Positions 19,304 through 29,329 of a DNA stretch of 64,000 nt are shown here, piece by piece. A program made the position numbers and the translations under genes. The notes beneath the pieces are model-generated. The model was not told where the DNA came from and ran no database searches. It saw only the letters and a list, made by a program, of their open reading frames with translations. Numbering within the stretch: the first letter of the stretch is position 1; each line of letters starts with the position of its first letter. Source of the DNA: Chloroflexota bacterium (GTDB lineage: Bacteria; Chloroflexota; Limnocylindria; P2-11E); contig JACPOT010000011.1 in assembly GCA_016191385.1 (NCBI GenBank), forward strand, positions 7,351 through 71,350, given 5' to 3'.

Positions 19304-20254
19304 ATGACCACCTACGTCATCGGCCGGCTCCTCCTCATGATCCCCACCCTCCTCGGCGTGGCCATCCTCACGTTCGTCCTCATGCGCGTGGTGCCCGGGG
19401 ACGTCGTCACCCTGCGGTACTCGCAGTCCGGATCCGTGCCGCAGGAGGTCATCGACCGCGAGCGCAAGCTCATCGGGCTCGACAAGCCGCTCCAGGCGCA
19501 GTTCGTCGAGTGGATGGGCCAGGTCGTGCGCATGGACTTCGGCACGTCCCTGTGGACCGACCGCCCGGTGACGGAGGAGATCTCGACACGGCTGGGGATC
19601 ACCGTCGAGCTCGCGCTCCTCGCGGCCCTGGTCGCGTCGACGCTGGCCGTTCCGCTCGGCGTCCTCGCGGCGGTGAAGCAGGACACCTGGGTCGACTACG
19701 TGATCCGCGTCTTCGCCATCGGCGGCATCGCCTTCCCCTCGTTCTGGCTCGGGATCCTGATGATCCTCGCGCTGGTGGTGTGGTTCCAGTGGGCCCCACC
19801 CCTGATCTTCGTCCCTATCTGGAAGGACCCCATCGCGAACCTCGCCCAGCTCATCTGGCCCGCACTGGCGGTCGGCTATCGCTACTCCGCCGTGGCCACG
19901 CGCATGACGCGCTCATCCGTGCTCGAGGTGCTCCGCGAGGACTACGTGCGCACGGCGCGCGCGAAAGGCGTGAGCGAGACGCTCGTCGTGGTCCGTCACG
20001 CCCTCCGTAATTCGCTGCTACCGGTGATCACCGTGATCAGCCTCGAGTTCGCGTTCCTCTTCGGCGGTCTCGTGGTGACCGAGCAGGTCTTCAACGTCAA
20101 CGGGCTCGGCAAGCTCCTCGTCGACGCCGTCGCGCACCGCGACTACCCGCTGGTCCAGGCCATCGTGCTCATCTTCTCCTTCGTGTTCGTCTTCGTGAAC
20201 TTCATCGTCGACATGCTCTACGGGATCCTCGATCCTCGGATCCGCTTCGGATGA
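19304..20254 (+). CDS. ABC transporter permease (DppB-like)
   Basis: Six-TM BPD_transp_1 permease with EAA-like loop (ARAKGVSE). Confidence 0.9.
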   Translation: MTTYVIGRLLLMIPTLLGVAILTFVLMRVVPGDVVTLRYSQSGSVPQEVIDRERKLIGLDKPLQAQFVEWMGQVVRMDFGTSLWTDRPVTEEISTRLGITVELALLAALVASTLAVPLGVLAAVKQDTWVDYVIRVFAIGGIAFPSFWLGILMILALVVWFQWAPPLIFVPIWKDPIANLAQLIWPALAVGYRYSAVATRMTRSSVLEVLREDYVRTARAKGVSETLVVVRHALRNSLLPVITVISLEFAFLFGGLVVTEQVFNVNGLGKLLVDAVAHRDYPLVQAIVLIFSFVFVFVNFIVDMLYGILDPRIRFG

Positions 20255-21183
20255 CGGCACCGGTCGCGGCGGGGATCCCGCGGCGGCGCGACGTCGAGGA
20301 CAGCGCCCACAAGCGCTACCTCGAGGATCGCGGCTGGCCGCGCGCGCGTCGCGCGATCGGGACGTTCATCCGCCGGCGCCCCCTCGGCACCGCGGGCGCG
20401 GCGGTCATCCTCGTGATGGTCGTCGCGGCGGTCTTCGCCGACCAGCTCGCCCCGTACGGTCCGCAGGAGGGCACGTTCACCGGCCTTCCGACGGAGCCGA
20501 GTCTCCAGCACTTCTTCGGCACGGACCCGTTCGGCCGCGATGTCTTCTCGCGGCTCATCTACGGGTCCCGCACCGCTCTGCTCGTCGGCTTCACGTCCTC
20601 GCTCGTCGGATCGACCCTCGGTCTGATCCTCGGCGTTATGAGCGCCTACTTCGGCGGCAAGGTCGACGAGATCATCCAGCGGCTCATGGACGTGCTGATC
20701 TCGTTCCCGCTCATCGTCCTCGCCATCGCGATCGTCGCCGCGCTCGGCCCGGGCACCGAGAAGGTCATCGTGGCCATCACCATCCCGGTGATCCCTCGCG
20801 TCGCGCGTGTCACGCGCGCGAGCGGCCTGGCGATCGTGCAGATGCCGTACATCGAGGCGGCGCGCTCGGTCGGCGTCCAGGCTCCGCGGATCATGCGGCT
20901 GCACATCGCGCCGAACGTCTTCGCGCCGTACCTGATCATGATGACCGCGTTCCTCGGCCAGGCCATCCTGCTCGAGGCGACGCTCTCCTACCTCGGGCTC
21001 GGCGTGGTCGAGCCGGACCCGGCGTGGGGCAACATGCTGCGCGGCCAGGGCATGCAGTTCCTCGATCAGGCACCCTGGCTGGCGATCGCTCCGGGCGTCG
21101 CGATCAGCCTCGCGGTGTTCGGGTTCAACCTCTTCGGCGACTCGCTGCGCGACGCGCTCGACCCGAGGCTGCGGACGGCTTAG
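20251..21183 (+). CDS. ABC transporter permease (DppC-like)
   Basis: Permease fold, ATGA-coupled to the upstream permease. No ATPase gene follows. Confidence 0.9.
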   Translation: MTAPVAAGIPRRRDVEDSAHKRYLEDRGWPRARRAIGTFIRRRPLGTAGAAVILVMVVAAVFADQLAPYGPQEGTFTGLPTEPSLQHFFGTDPFGRDVFSRLIYGSRTALLVGFTSSLVGSTLGLILGVMSAYFGGKVDEIIQRLMDVLISFPLIVLAIAIVAALGPGTEKVIVAITIPVIPRVARVTRASGLAIVQMPYIEAARSVGVQAPRIMRLHIAPNVFAPYLIMMTAFLGQAILLEATLSYLGLGVVEPDPAWGNMLRGQGMQFLDQAPWLAIAPGVAISLAVFGFNLFGDSLRDALDPRLRTA

Positions 21184-21407
21184 GCGGCGCGCTTCTTCCG
21201 GGCGCCCTTGCGCTTCGGCACCTTCACGCCGGCCTTGCGCGCTTTGCTGAGGCCGATCGCGATCACCTGCTTCCGCGACCGCGCACCGTGCTTGCCCTTC
21301 TTGACGTGCCGCATCTCCTCTTCGACGAAGGGTCCGGCCTGCGTCGATGCCGACTTTCCCGCGCGCTTGGCGGCACGCGCCTTCTTGAGCGTCCTCTTCT
21401 CAGGCAT
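21180..21407 (-). CDS. Small Lys/Arg-rich basic protein (histone-like/hypothetical)
   Basis: 75 aa, MPEKRTLKKARAAKRAGK...KVPKRKGARKKRAA. Lys-rich composition is atypical for random high-GC ORFs, which supports real coding. Function unknown. Confidence 0.4.
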   Translation of the reverse strand: MPEKRTLKKARAAKRAGKSASTQAGPFVEEEMRHVKKGKHGARSRKQVIAIGLSKARKAGVKVPKRKGARKKRAA

Positions 21408-21653
21408 CTTTACCTCTCTTCTCCGCGGCTGTCGGTCTGCCACCGGTTGTTCTTCTCCGGCATCGGGTGCGGTCGCTGCATCACGCGCGCCGATCAGCGC
21501 GAGGGCGGGCGAGGTCGAGGGGAGGCCCGATCCGGCGAGGGAGCGACGAGCCCGACCGCGGAACGGACAAGACGGACTTTGAAGGAGGGCGAGGAGCGAC
21601 CGAGTACTGCGGACGGGCCGACCCGAGGCAACGTCGCCCGCCCGAGCGCCGAC

Positions 21654-22433
21654 CTACTCCCCCCGCCAGACCGGCTTGCGCTTCTCCATGAAGGCGCGTA
21701 CCCCTTCACGGAAGTCCGCCGACATGTAGCAGAGGAGGATGAGGTCCGCGCCCTCATCGGGCCGCAGGCGCTCGCGGATGCGCCGTACCTGTTCCTTCGT
21801 CGCGCGCAGGGTGAGCGGCGCGAAGGAGGCCATCGCGCGCGCCACCTCCTCGGCGCGCGGCAGGAGCGCTTCGTCCGTTGCCGTCACCTCGGACAGGAGG
21901 CCCGCTCGCAGCATCTCCTGCGCGTCGAGAAGGCGCGCCGTGAAGAGCAGGTCCTTCACCCGCGCGGCGCTGATGAGAGCGACGAGCCGGAGGATGTTGG
22001 CCGTCGAGAGGCAGTTGCCGAGCGTGCGCGCGATGGGCACGCCGAAGCGGGCCGAGGGCGCGCCGATCCGGATGTCGCATGCGGAAGCGATCGCCGCGCC
22101 GCCCCCGACGGCCGGGCCGCGGATAGCGGCGATGGTCGGGATGCGCAGCCCCTCGAGCGAGCCGAGCACGCCGTCCATGCGCTCCTCGTAGTCGAGCGCC
22201 TGCTTCTCGGTCGTGAAGTCCTTGAATTGCGAGATGTCGGTGCCCGCGACGAACGCCTCGCCCGCACCGGTGAGCACGAGCGCGCGAAGGGCCGCGTCGG
22301 CGGCGACCTCGCGGCAGATGTCCCCGAGCCGCTCGTACATCGCGAAGGTCATGGCATTGCGCGCGTCCGGGCGGTCGAACGTCAGCCAGCCGATGGCGTC
22401 GCGCCTCTCGAAGCGGACCTCGCCGTCGCTCAC
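21654..22433 (-). CDS. Enoyl-CoA hydratase/isomerase (crotonase family)
   Basis: FDRPDARNAMT...LTGAGEAFVAGTDI...AAIRGPAVGGGAAIASACDIRIG is the crotonase fold. GTG start inferred at about 22433. Confidence 0.85.
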   Translation of the reverse strand: MSDGEVRFERRDAIGWLTFDRPDARNAMTFAMYERLGDICREVAADAALRALVLTGAGEAFVAGTDISQFKDFTTEKQALDYEERMDGVLGSLEGLRIPTIAAIRGPAVGGGAAIASACDIRIGAPSARFGVPIARTLGNCLSTANILRLVALISAARVKDLLFTARLLDAQEMLRAGLLSEVTATDEALLPRAEEVARAMASFAPLTLRATKEQVRRIRERLRPDEGADLILLCYMSADFREGVRAFMEKRKPVWRGE

Positions 22434-23435
22434 GTGGCCACCGCGCGTCCTGCCGGCGCGCCGACCACCCCCGCGGCGACGAGCGCGTCGATCTCCCCAT
22501 CGGCCATCCCCGCTTCGCGCATGACCTCCAGCGAGTGCTCGCCGAGGAGCGGCCCGCCGCGCTCGATCCGCACCGGCGTCCGTCCCAGGCGGATCGGAGA
22601 GCCCAGCACCCGCACCGTCCCGAGCGTCGGGTGCGGCACCTCGCGGAAGAATCCGCGCGCCGCGAGGTGCGGGTCGGAGAACACCGCGCCGTAGTCCCGG
22701 ATCTCGCCGGAGGGCACGCCCGCCCCGCGCAGCCGCTCGAGCCAATGCGCCAGCGGCCGCGTACACGTGACCTGTTCGATGAGCGGTATCAGTACGCGGA
22801 TGTTCCGGCGGCGCGAAGCGGCGTCCGCGAAGCGCGCGTCGCTCTCGATGGCCTCCAGCCCGAGCGCGCGGCAGAACGCCGTCCAGTTCCGCGGGGTCGT
22901 GGCGCCCACGACGAAGTGGCCGTCGGCCGCCGCGACGGCCTGGTATGGAGCGACCAGCTTGTGCGCCGACCCGGCCGCGCGCGGGATCTCGCCGGTCGTG
23001 AAGTTCTCGCCCGCCTCCCAGACCGCAAGCGCGACCGAGGACTCGAACATCGACACGTCGACGAGCTGGCCCTTCCCATCGCGCTCGCGCGCGCGCAGCG
23101 CGGCGAGGATCGCGATCGTGGCGTAGAGGGCCGCTGTGAGATCCGCGATGGAGACGCCCACCTTGACCGGCGCGCCACCCTCCTCGCCGGTGATGCTCAT
23201 GATCCCCGAGACGGCCTGGATCGAGCGCGAGGCTGCGCTTGCCGCGGTTGAGCCGCGGGAACTGGCCGCTCTCGCCATCGATCAGCGGCGGCATGCGCCG
23301 CGAGAGATCGCCGGCTCCGGGCTCCTCGACCTTGACGACGTCCGCCCCGAGGTCCGCGAGCTGCATCCCGCAGTACGGGCCGGCCATGTAGTTCCCGACC
23401 TCGAGCGCGCGGACCCCGTCAAGAGGAGCGGTCAT
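22430..23435 (-). pseudogene. CoA-transferase family III (CaiB/BaiF-like), disrupted by an internal deletion/frameshift
   Basis: N-terminal conserved block RALEVGNYMAGPYCGMQLADLGADVVKVEEP...NRGKRSLALD (frame of ORF 21654..23435). It jumps directly to the central block AVSGIMSITGEEGGAPVKVGVSIADL in another frame (ORF 22430..23278). About 55-60 aa expected between the blocks are absent. Confidence 0.55.
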
Positions 23436-23447
23436 CGCATCTCCACG

Positions 23448-24371
23448 TCAGCCCATGGCTTCGAGGCGGCGGATCCGCTCGGCGATCGGGGGATGAGTGT
23501 CGAAGAGGCCGTCCATGAACGCGCCGTGCTCCTTGAGCGGTGGCCAGATCCAGAGCGCGGCGGTGGCCTTGTTCGCGACCGCGAGCGGGACCGGGTCGGC
23601 GGCGATCTTGCGCAGCGCGTTCGCGAGCCCCTGCGGGTAGCGCGTGAGCAGCGCGCCCGACGCGTCGGCGAGATATTCGCGCTGCCGCGAGACGGCCATC
23701 TGGATGAGCGCCGCGATGACCGGCGTGAGCAGGGCCAGCGCGAAGCCGACGAGGAGGAGGATCCCCCCGCTCCCGCGATCGCGATCGCGGCGACGCCCGC
23801 CGTAGAACGCGGTGCGCAGGATCCAGTCGGAGAGGAGGGCGATCGTGCCCACGAGGACGGCCACCAGGAGCATGAGGCGGATGTCGTAGTTGCCGACATG
23901 CGAGAGCTCGTGCGCGAGGACCCCCTCCAGCTCCGTCTTGTCGAGCTTCTCGAGCAGGCCGCGCGTGACGGCGATCGAGGCATGCTTCGGGTCGCGTCCG
24001 GTGGCGAACGCGTTCGGCGCCGGATCCTCGATCACGAAGATCTTGGGCGTGGGGATGCCGAGGCCGATGGCCAGCGCCTCCACGGTGTTGCGGAGCAGCG
24101 GCTCCTTGCCCGCGGCGATCTCGCGCGCGCGGCTCTGCGCGAGCACGAGCTGGTCGCCGCCGAAATACGCGCCGACGCTCGAGACCGACGCGAGGCCGAC
24201 GGCGAAGGGCAGCGCGGTGAGCCCCGCGCCCGGAAAGGTCAGCTCGCCGACGATGTATCCGATGGCGGCAACGATCGCGATGAAGACGGCCACGAGCACG
24301 ACGGTGCGCACGCGGTTCGCGGAGATCGCGTCGTACAGGTTGACGCGGGCGGTGGGGACCGGCGCGGCCAC
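23448..24371 (-). CDS. htpX: Zinc metalloprotease HtpX (M48)
   Basis: HELSHV zinc motif, 4 TM, typical HtpX layout. Confidence 0.9.
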   Translation of the reverse strand: MAAPVPTARVNLYDAISANRVRTVVLVAVFIAIVAAIGYIVGELTFPGAGLTALPFAVGLASVSSVGAYFGGDQLVLAQSRAREIAAGKEPLLRNTVEALAIGLGIPTPKIFVIEDPAPNAFATGRDPKHASIAVTRGLLEKLDKTELEGVLAHELSHVGNYDIRLMLLVAVLVGTIALLSDWILRTAFYGGRRRDRDRGSGGILLLVGFALALLTPVIAALIQMAVSRQREYLADASGALLTRYPQGLANALRKIAADPVPLAVANKATAALWIWPPLKEHGAFMDGLFDTHPPIAERIRRLEAMG

Positions 24372-24381
24372 TCGGTGTGGC

Positions 24382-24948
24382 CTAGGTGAACTTGACCTGC
24401 GGTACCGCCCGCTCCGTCGCGTCGGCGACCTCGAAGTACTGCTCCGGGGCGAAGCCGAACATCGACGCGAAGAGGCTGGTAGGGAACGTCATCAGCGACG
24501 TGTTGTAGTCGCGCACGTTGCCGTTGTAGAAGCGCCGCGCGAAGGAGATCTTGTCCTCGGTCGCGGTCAGCTCGCCCTGCAGCTGCGTGAATGACTCGAC
24601 CGCGCGCAGCTGCGGGTACGCCTCGGCGAGCGCGAAGAGCTGCCGCAGCGCGCCGGTGAGGATGTTCTCAGCCTGGGCGCGCTGCTCGGGCGCCTGCCCC
24701 GCGGCCTGCACCGCGGTGCTGCGCGCCTGGACGACGGCCTCGAGCGTCCCGCGCTCGTGCGCCGCGTAGCCCTTGACGGTCTCCACGAGGTTCGGGATGA
24801 GGTCGTGCCGCCGCTTGAGCTGCACGTCGATGTCGCTCCAGGCCTCGCGCACGCGCTGCCTCAGGGTGACGAGACGGTTGTACGTGGCGACGAGGAACAG
24901 CGCGGCGACGACGAGGACCGCGACGATGATGAGCACGGTGGTGTCCAT
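24382..24948 (-). CDS. lemA: LemA family protein
   Basis: N-terminal TM plus LemA signature NRLV...RREAWSDIDVQLKRRHDLIPNLV. Confidence 0.9.
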   Translation of the reverse strand: MDTTVLIIVAVLVVAALFLVATYNRLVTLRQRVREAWSDIDVQLKRRHDLIPNLVETVKGYAAHERGTLEAVVQARSTAVQAAGQAPEQRAQAENILTGALRQLFALAEAYPQLRAVESFTQLQGELTATEDKISFARRFYNGNVRDYNTSLMTFPTSLFASMFGFAPEQYFEVADATERAVPQVKFT

Positions 24949-24960
24949 TGGCCTTCTACC

Positions 24961-26811
24961 CTAGGGCGAAAGCTCCTTCACCGCCGCGACGATGTGCTTC
25001 GCGCTGATACCCGCGGCATCCAGCAGCTCCGTGGGCTTCCCCGACCCGGGCATCTCGCGCACCGCGAGGTGCCGGTAGCGGAGGCCGATCTCGCCCGCCT
25101 CGGCGAGCGACGCGAGGACCGCGTCGCCGATCCCGCCTTCGGCCCAGTGGTCCTCGACCACGAGGATGCGACCGCCGGTCGCCTTCGCGGCGGCGACCAG
25201 CGCCTTGCGGTCGACCGGCTTCACGGAGTAGAGATCGATCACCCGCACCTTCGTGCCGGCGGCCGCGAGCTCGTCGGCGGCCTTGATGGCCTCGTGCAGC
25301 GTGATGCCCGCCGCGACCACCGCCACTCTGTCGTCGGCCCCGCCGCCGCGCACGACCTTGCTGCCGCCGATCTCGAACGTCTCGTCGGGTTTGTAGACGA
25401 GCGGCGTCTTCTCGCGCGTCGTCCGCATGTAGACGATGCCCTCGCGGTCGGCCATCGCGGCGACGAGCTTCGCCGTCTGCCCGGCGTCGCACGGATACAG
25501 GACCGTCGACCCGTGGACGGCGCGCATCATCGCCAGGTCCTCGAGCGCCATCTGCGATGGTCCGTCCTCGCCGATGGACACGCCCGCGTGCGATCCGGAG
25601 AGCCGGATGTTCGCGCGGGAGACCGCGGCCATGCGGATGAAGTCGTAGGCGCGCGTCAGGAAGGCCGCGAAGGTCGACGCGAACGGCACAAGGCCGACCA
25701 CCTGCATCCCCACCGCGGAGGCGACCATCTGCTGCTCGGCGATGTACGACTCGAAGAACCGCTGCGGGAACTCCTTCTTGAAGTCCTCGCTGTGCGTCGA
25801 GTTGCTGACCTCGGCGTCGAGGACGACGACGTCGCCGCGCGCGCGACCGAGCGCGGCGAGCGCTTCGCCGTACGCCTTGCGTGTGGCGAGAGCCTCGGTG
25901 TACGCGGGCAGCGTCACGGGCCCGCGCTTCAGCTCCGGCCGTGACCAGCGCGGCGGCGTGGCCGCCTCGAACGTGCGCGGCGGCTCGCGGCCGAGCTCGT
26001 CGAGCGCCTTCTCCAGCTCCTCGGGCTTGAGGGCCTTGCCGTGCCAGCCCTCCTTGTCGTCCAGGAACGAGACGCCGTGGCCCTTCCTGGTGCGCGCGAC
26101 GATGGCGGTCGGGCGCGTGGCATCGCGCGCTCGGCCGAGGGCATCGTCGATCTCGTCCAGATCGTGGCCGTCGATGACGATCGCCTCCCAGCCGAAGGCC
26201 TCGATCCGCTGCGCGTAGGCGTCGGTGTCCCACTGCAGCTCCGTGGGCCCGCGCTGCCCGAGGCGGTTGATGTCGAGGATCGCGGTGAGGTTCGCGAGCC
26301 CTTCGTTCCCCGCGCGGTCGAAGGCCTCCCACACCGATCCCTCGGCCGTCTCGCTGTCGCCAAGGAGCGCCCACACGTGGTACGGAGCGTCGAGCACCCT
26401 CTTCCCCGCCCAGGCGACGCCGACGGCGATGGGGAATCCCTGCCCGAGCGACCCGGTCGCGACGTCCACCCACGGCAGCAGCGGCGTGGGGTGGCCCTCG
26501 AGGCGGCTCCCGAGCTTGCGGAACGTGAGCAGCTCCTGGTCGGTGATCGCGCCCGCGGCGCGGAAGAGCGAGTAGACGAGCGGAGAAGCATGGCCCTTCG
26601 AGAAGATGAGGTGGTCGTTCGCCGGATCGTCTGGCTTGGCGAAGTCATAGCGGAGATGGCCCGCGAGCAGCACTGCCATGAGGTCCGCTGCTGAGAGGGA
26701 CGAGGTCGGGTGCCCCGACCCCGCCGCGGTGCTGCAGCGGATGCTGTCCACGCGCAGCTGCCGCGCGAGTGCGCGGTATGTCTCGATCTTGGCGGGCGCC
26801 GTCACCGCCAC
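24961..26811 (-). CDS. tkt: Transketolase
   Basis: TPP-binding GSGHPTSSLSAADLM, GDSETAEGSVWEA, pyrimidine-binding and C-terminal domains. Confidence 0.9.
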   Translation of the reverse strand: MAVTAPAKIETYRALARQLRVDSIRCSTAAGSGHPTSSLSAADLMAVLLAGHLRYDFAKPDDPANDHLIFSKGHASPLVYSLFRAAGAITDQELLTFRKLGSRLEGHPTPLLPWVDVATGSLGQGFPIAVGVAWAGKRVLDAPYHVWALLGDSETAEGSVWEAFDRAGNEGLANLTAILDINRLGQRGPTELQWDTDAYAQRIEAFGWEAIVIDGHDLDEIDDALGRARDATRPTAIVARTRKGHGVSFLDDKEGWHGKALKPEELEKALDELGREPPRTFEAATPPRWSRPELKRGPVTLPAYTEALATRKAYGEALAALGRARGDVVVLDAEVSNSTHSEDFKKEFPQRFFESYIAEQQMVASAVGMQVVGLVPFASTFAAFLTRAYDFIRMAAVSRANIRLSGSHAGVSIGEDGPSQMALEDLAMMRAVHGSTVLYPCDAGQTAKLVAAMADREGIVYMRTTREKTPLVYKPDETFEIGGSKVVRGGGADDRVAVVAAGITLHEAIKAADELAAAGTKVRVIDLYSVKPVDRKALVAAAKATGGRILVVEDHWAEGGIGDAVLASLAEAGEIGLRYRHLAVREMPGSGKPTELLDAAGISAKHIVAAVKELSP

Positions 26812-26854
26812 GTCTCAACCCTAGCGCAGCGGTCGCGATACGATCGCGCGCCTT

Positions 26855-27797
26855 GGAGATCGGCCTTTACGGCCTCGGTCGCATGGGCGGCAACATGGTG
26901 ACGCGCCTCGCGCGGGGCGGCCATCGCGTCGTCGCCGGCAACCGCAGTCCCGGGCCTGTCGATGAGGCCGCCCGTCACGGCGCGACGGGCTCGAGCTCGA
27001 TCGCGGACATGATCGGCAAGCTCAAGACGCCGCGCGTGCTCTGGACGATGGTCCCGGCGGGCGAAGCCACCGACGCGACGCTGCGCGAGTTCGCGGACCA
27101 CCTCTCGAAGGGCGACATCGTCGTCGACGGCGCGAACTCGTATTTCCGCGACTCCATGCGCCGGTCCGACGAGCTGGCTGCGAAGGGCCTGCGCTTCGTG
27201 GATGCGGGCGTGTCCGGCGGGATCTGGGGTCTCGAGAACGGCTACTGCATGATGGTCGGCGGACCCGCGGACGCGGTCGCGACCATCAAGCCCATCCTCG
27301 ACACGCTCGCCCCGCCGAACGGCTGGGCGCATTTCGGAAAGGCCGGCGCCGGCCACTTCGTGAAGATGGTCCACAACGGGATCGAGTACGGGATGATGCA
27401 GGCCTACGGCGAGGGCTTCGAGCTCCTCCACGCGTCCGAGTTCGGGATGGATCTCCACGAGGTCGCGCGTGTATGGAACAACGGCAGCGTCGTCCGGTCA
27501 TGGCTGCTCGAGCTGGCCGAGCGCGCGTTCGAGCAGGAGGGGTCCGAGCTCAGGGGCATCAAGGGCTGGGTCGCCGACTCCGGCGAGGGCCGCTGGACCA
27601 TCCTCGAGGCCATCTCTCACGACGTGCCGATGACGGCGCTGGCCCACTCGCTGTTCGCGCGCTTCACGTCGCGGCAAGAGGACTCGTTCGCCATGCGGCT
27701 TGCGGCGGCCCTCCGGAACCAATTCGGGGGTCATGCGCTCAAGGCAGAAGAGAGCGACCGCACAGCAGCAGCGGATCGAGATCCTTCAAAGGCATAA
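26855..27797 (+). CDS. gnd: 6-phosphogluconate dehydrogenase (decarboxylating), short NAD(P)-binding form
   Basis: GLYGLGRMGGNM Rossmann motif, 6PGDH signature KMVHNGIEYGMMQAYGEG. TTG start inferred. The ORF-track N-terminus (26769) overlaps the divergent tkt start. Confidence 0.75.
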
Positions 27798-27802
27798 AGG
27801 CG

Positions 27803-29329
27803 TTGGCGGTCACGAGCGCTAACCCGCTGCGCGCGGGGTTGCGCCTCGCGCGGGTCCCGGAGCCGAGCGTCATGGTCATCTTCGGCGGCACCGGCGATCT
27901 GTCGACGCGCAAGCTCGTGCCCGCGCTCTACGACCTCGCGCGGCAGCGCCTCCTCCCCGCCGCGTTCGCGATCGTCGGCATCGGCCGCGCCGCGCTGACC
28001 GACTCCGAGTACCGCGCGCAGCTCCGGGAGGCGGTCGCGGAGAACAGCCGCTCGCGCCCGATCGACGAGGAGGTGTGGGCGTCCTTCGCGGAGCGGCTGC
28101 TGTACGTCTCGGTCCGCTCCGAAGAGGGCTACGACGACCTGCGCCGGCGCCTTGCGCGCATCGACACGGATCTCGGGACAGGAGGCGACCGGCTGTTCTA
28201 CCTCGCGACGCCGCCCGTGGCGTATGCGCCCATCGTGCGTTCGCTCGGACGCAGCGAGGTCGTGCGGTCGGGCACGGGGTGGGCGCGGATCGTCGTGGAG
28301 AAGCCCTTCGGCCGCGACCTCGAGACGGCGCGCGCGCTGACGGAGACGCTGCACGAGGTCTTCAAGGAAGAGGAGATCTTCCGCATCGACCACTACCTGG
28401 GCAAGGAGACCGTCCAGAACATCCTCGTCCTGCGGTTCGCGAACGCGATCTTCGAGCCGGTGTGGTCGCGCCAGTACGTCGATCACGTGCAGATCACCGT
28501 GGCCGAGGCCCTGGGCGCCGACGAGCGGGCGGAGTACTACGAGGGCGCCGGCGCGATGCGCGACATCGTCCAGAACCACCTGCTGCAGATCCTCACGCTC
28601 GTGGCGATGGAGCCTCCGGCCGCGTTCGAGGCCGGCGCGGTCCGCGACGAGAAGGTGAAGGTGCTGCGCGCCATGCGACCCATCCGCCCGGACGAGACCG
28701 CCGAGCGCACGGTGCGCGGCCAGTACACGGCCGGCTTCATCGAAGGCGACCCGGTGCCCGGCTACCGCGAGGGACGGGAGGTCGCGCCCGAGTCGCGCAC
28801 CGAGACGTTCGTCGCGCTCAAGCTCTTCGTCGACAACTGGCGCTGGGAGGGGACACCCTTCTACCTGCGCACCGGGAAGCGGATGCCCAAGCGCGCGACC
28901 GAGGTCGCCATCCAGTTCCGCGCCGTCCCCCACCAGGTCTTCAGCGCCGAGGCGCGTGACGGCCTCGAGCCGAACACGCTCGTCATTCGCGTGCAGCCGG
29001 AGGAAGGGATCTCGCTCAAGTTCGGCGCGAAGGTCCCGGTCCAGGGGATCCGCATCCGCTCCGTGGCCATGGACTTCGTGTACGGCGCCTCGTTCCTCGT
29101 CGACGCGCCCGACGCTTACGAGACCCTGATCCTCGACGCGCTCCGCGGCGACGGGACGCTCTTCACGCGCAAGGACGAGGTCGAGGAGCAGTGGAGGCTC
29201 GTCGACCCGGTGCTGCGAGCGTGGCAGGAGAGCGACGCCGAGCCGCCCGCCTACCCCGCGGGGACCTGGGGCCCGACCGAGGCCGATCTCTTCATCGGAC
29301 GCGACGGCCGCCGCTGGCGCCAGCCGTGA
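27803..29329 (+). CDS. zwf: Glucose-6-phosphate 1-dehydrogenase
   Basis: VIFGGTGDLSTRKL NADP motif, active-site RIDHYLGKE, EKPFG. TTG start. The upstream part of track ORF 27473 is rejected. Confidence 0.9.
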   Translation: MAVTSANPLRAGLRLARVPEPSVMVIFGGTGDLSTRKLVPALYDLARQRLLPAAFAIVGIGRAALTDSEYRAQLREAVAENSRSRPIDEEVWASFAERLLYVSVRSEEGYDDLRRRLARIDTDLGTGGDRLFYLATPPVAYAPIVRSLGRSEVVRSGTGWARIVVEKPFGRDLETARALTETLHEVFKEEEIFRIDHYLGKETVQNILVLRFANAIFEPVWSRQYVDHVQITVAEALGADERAEYYEGAGAMRDIVQNHLLQILTLVAMEPPAAFEAGAVRDEKVKVLRAMRPIRPDETAERTVRGQYTAGFIEGDPVPGYREGREVAPESRTETFVALKLFVDNWRWEGTPFYLRTGKRMPKRATEVAIQFRAVPHQVFSAEARDGLEPNTLVIRVQPEEGISLKFGAKVPVQGIRIRSVAMDFVYGASFLVDAPDAYETLILDALRGDGTLFTRKDEVEEQWRLVDPVLRAWQESDAEPPAYPAGTWGPTEADLFIGRDGRRWRQP

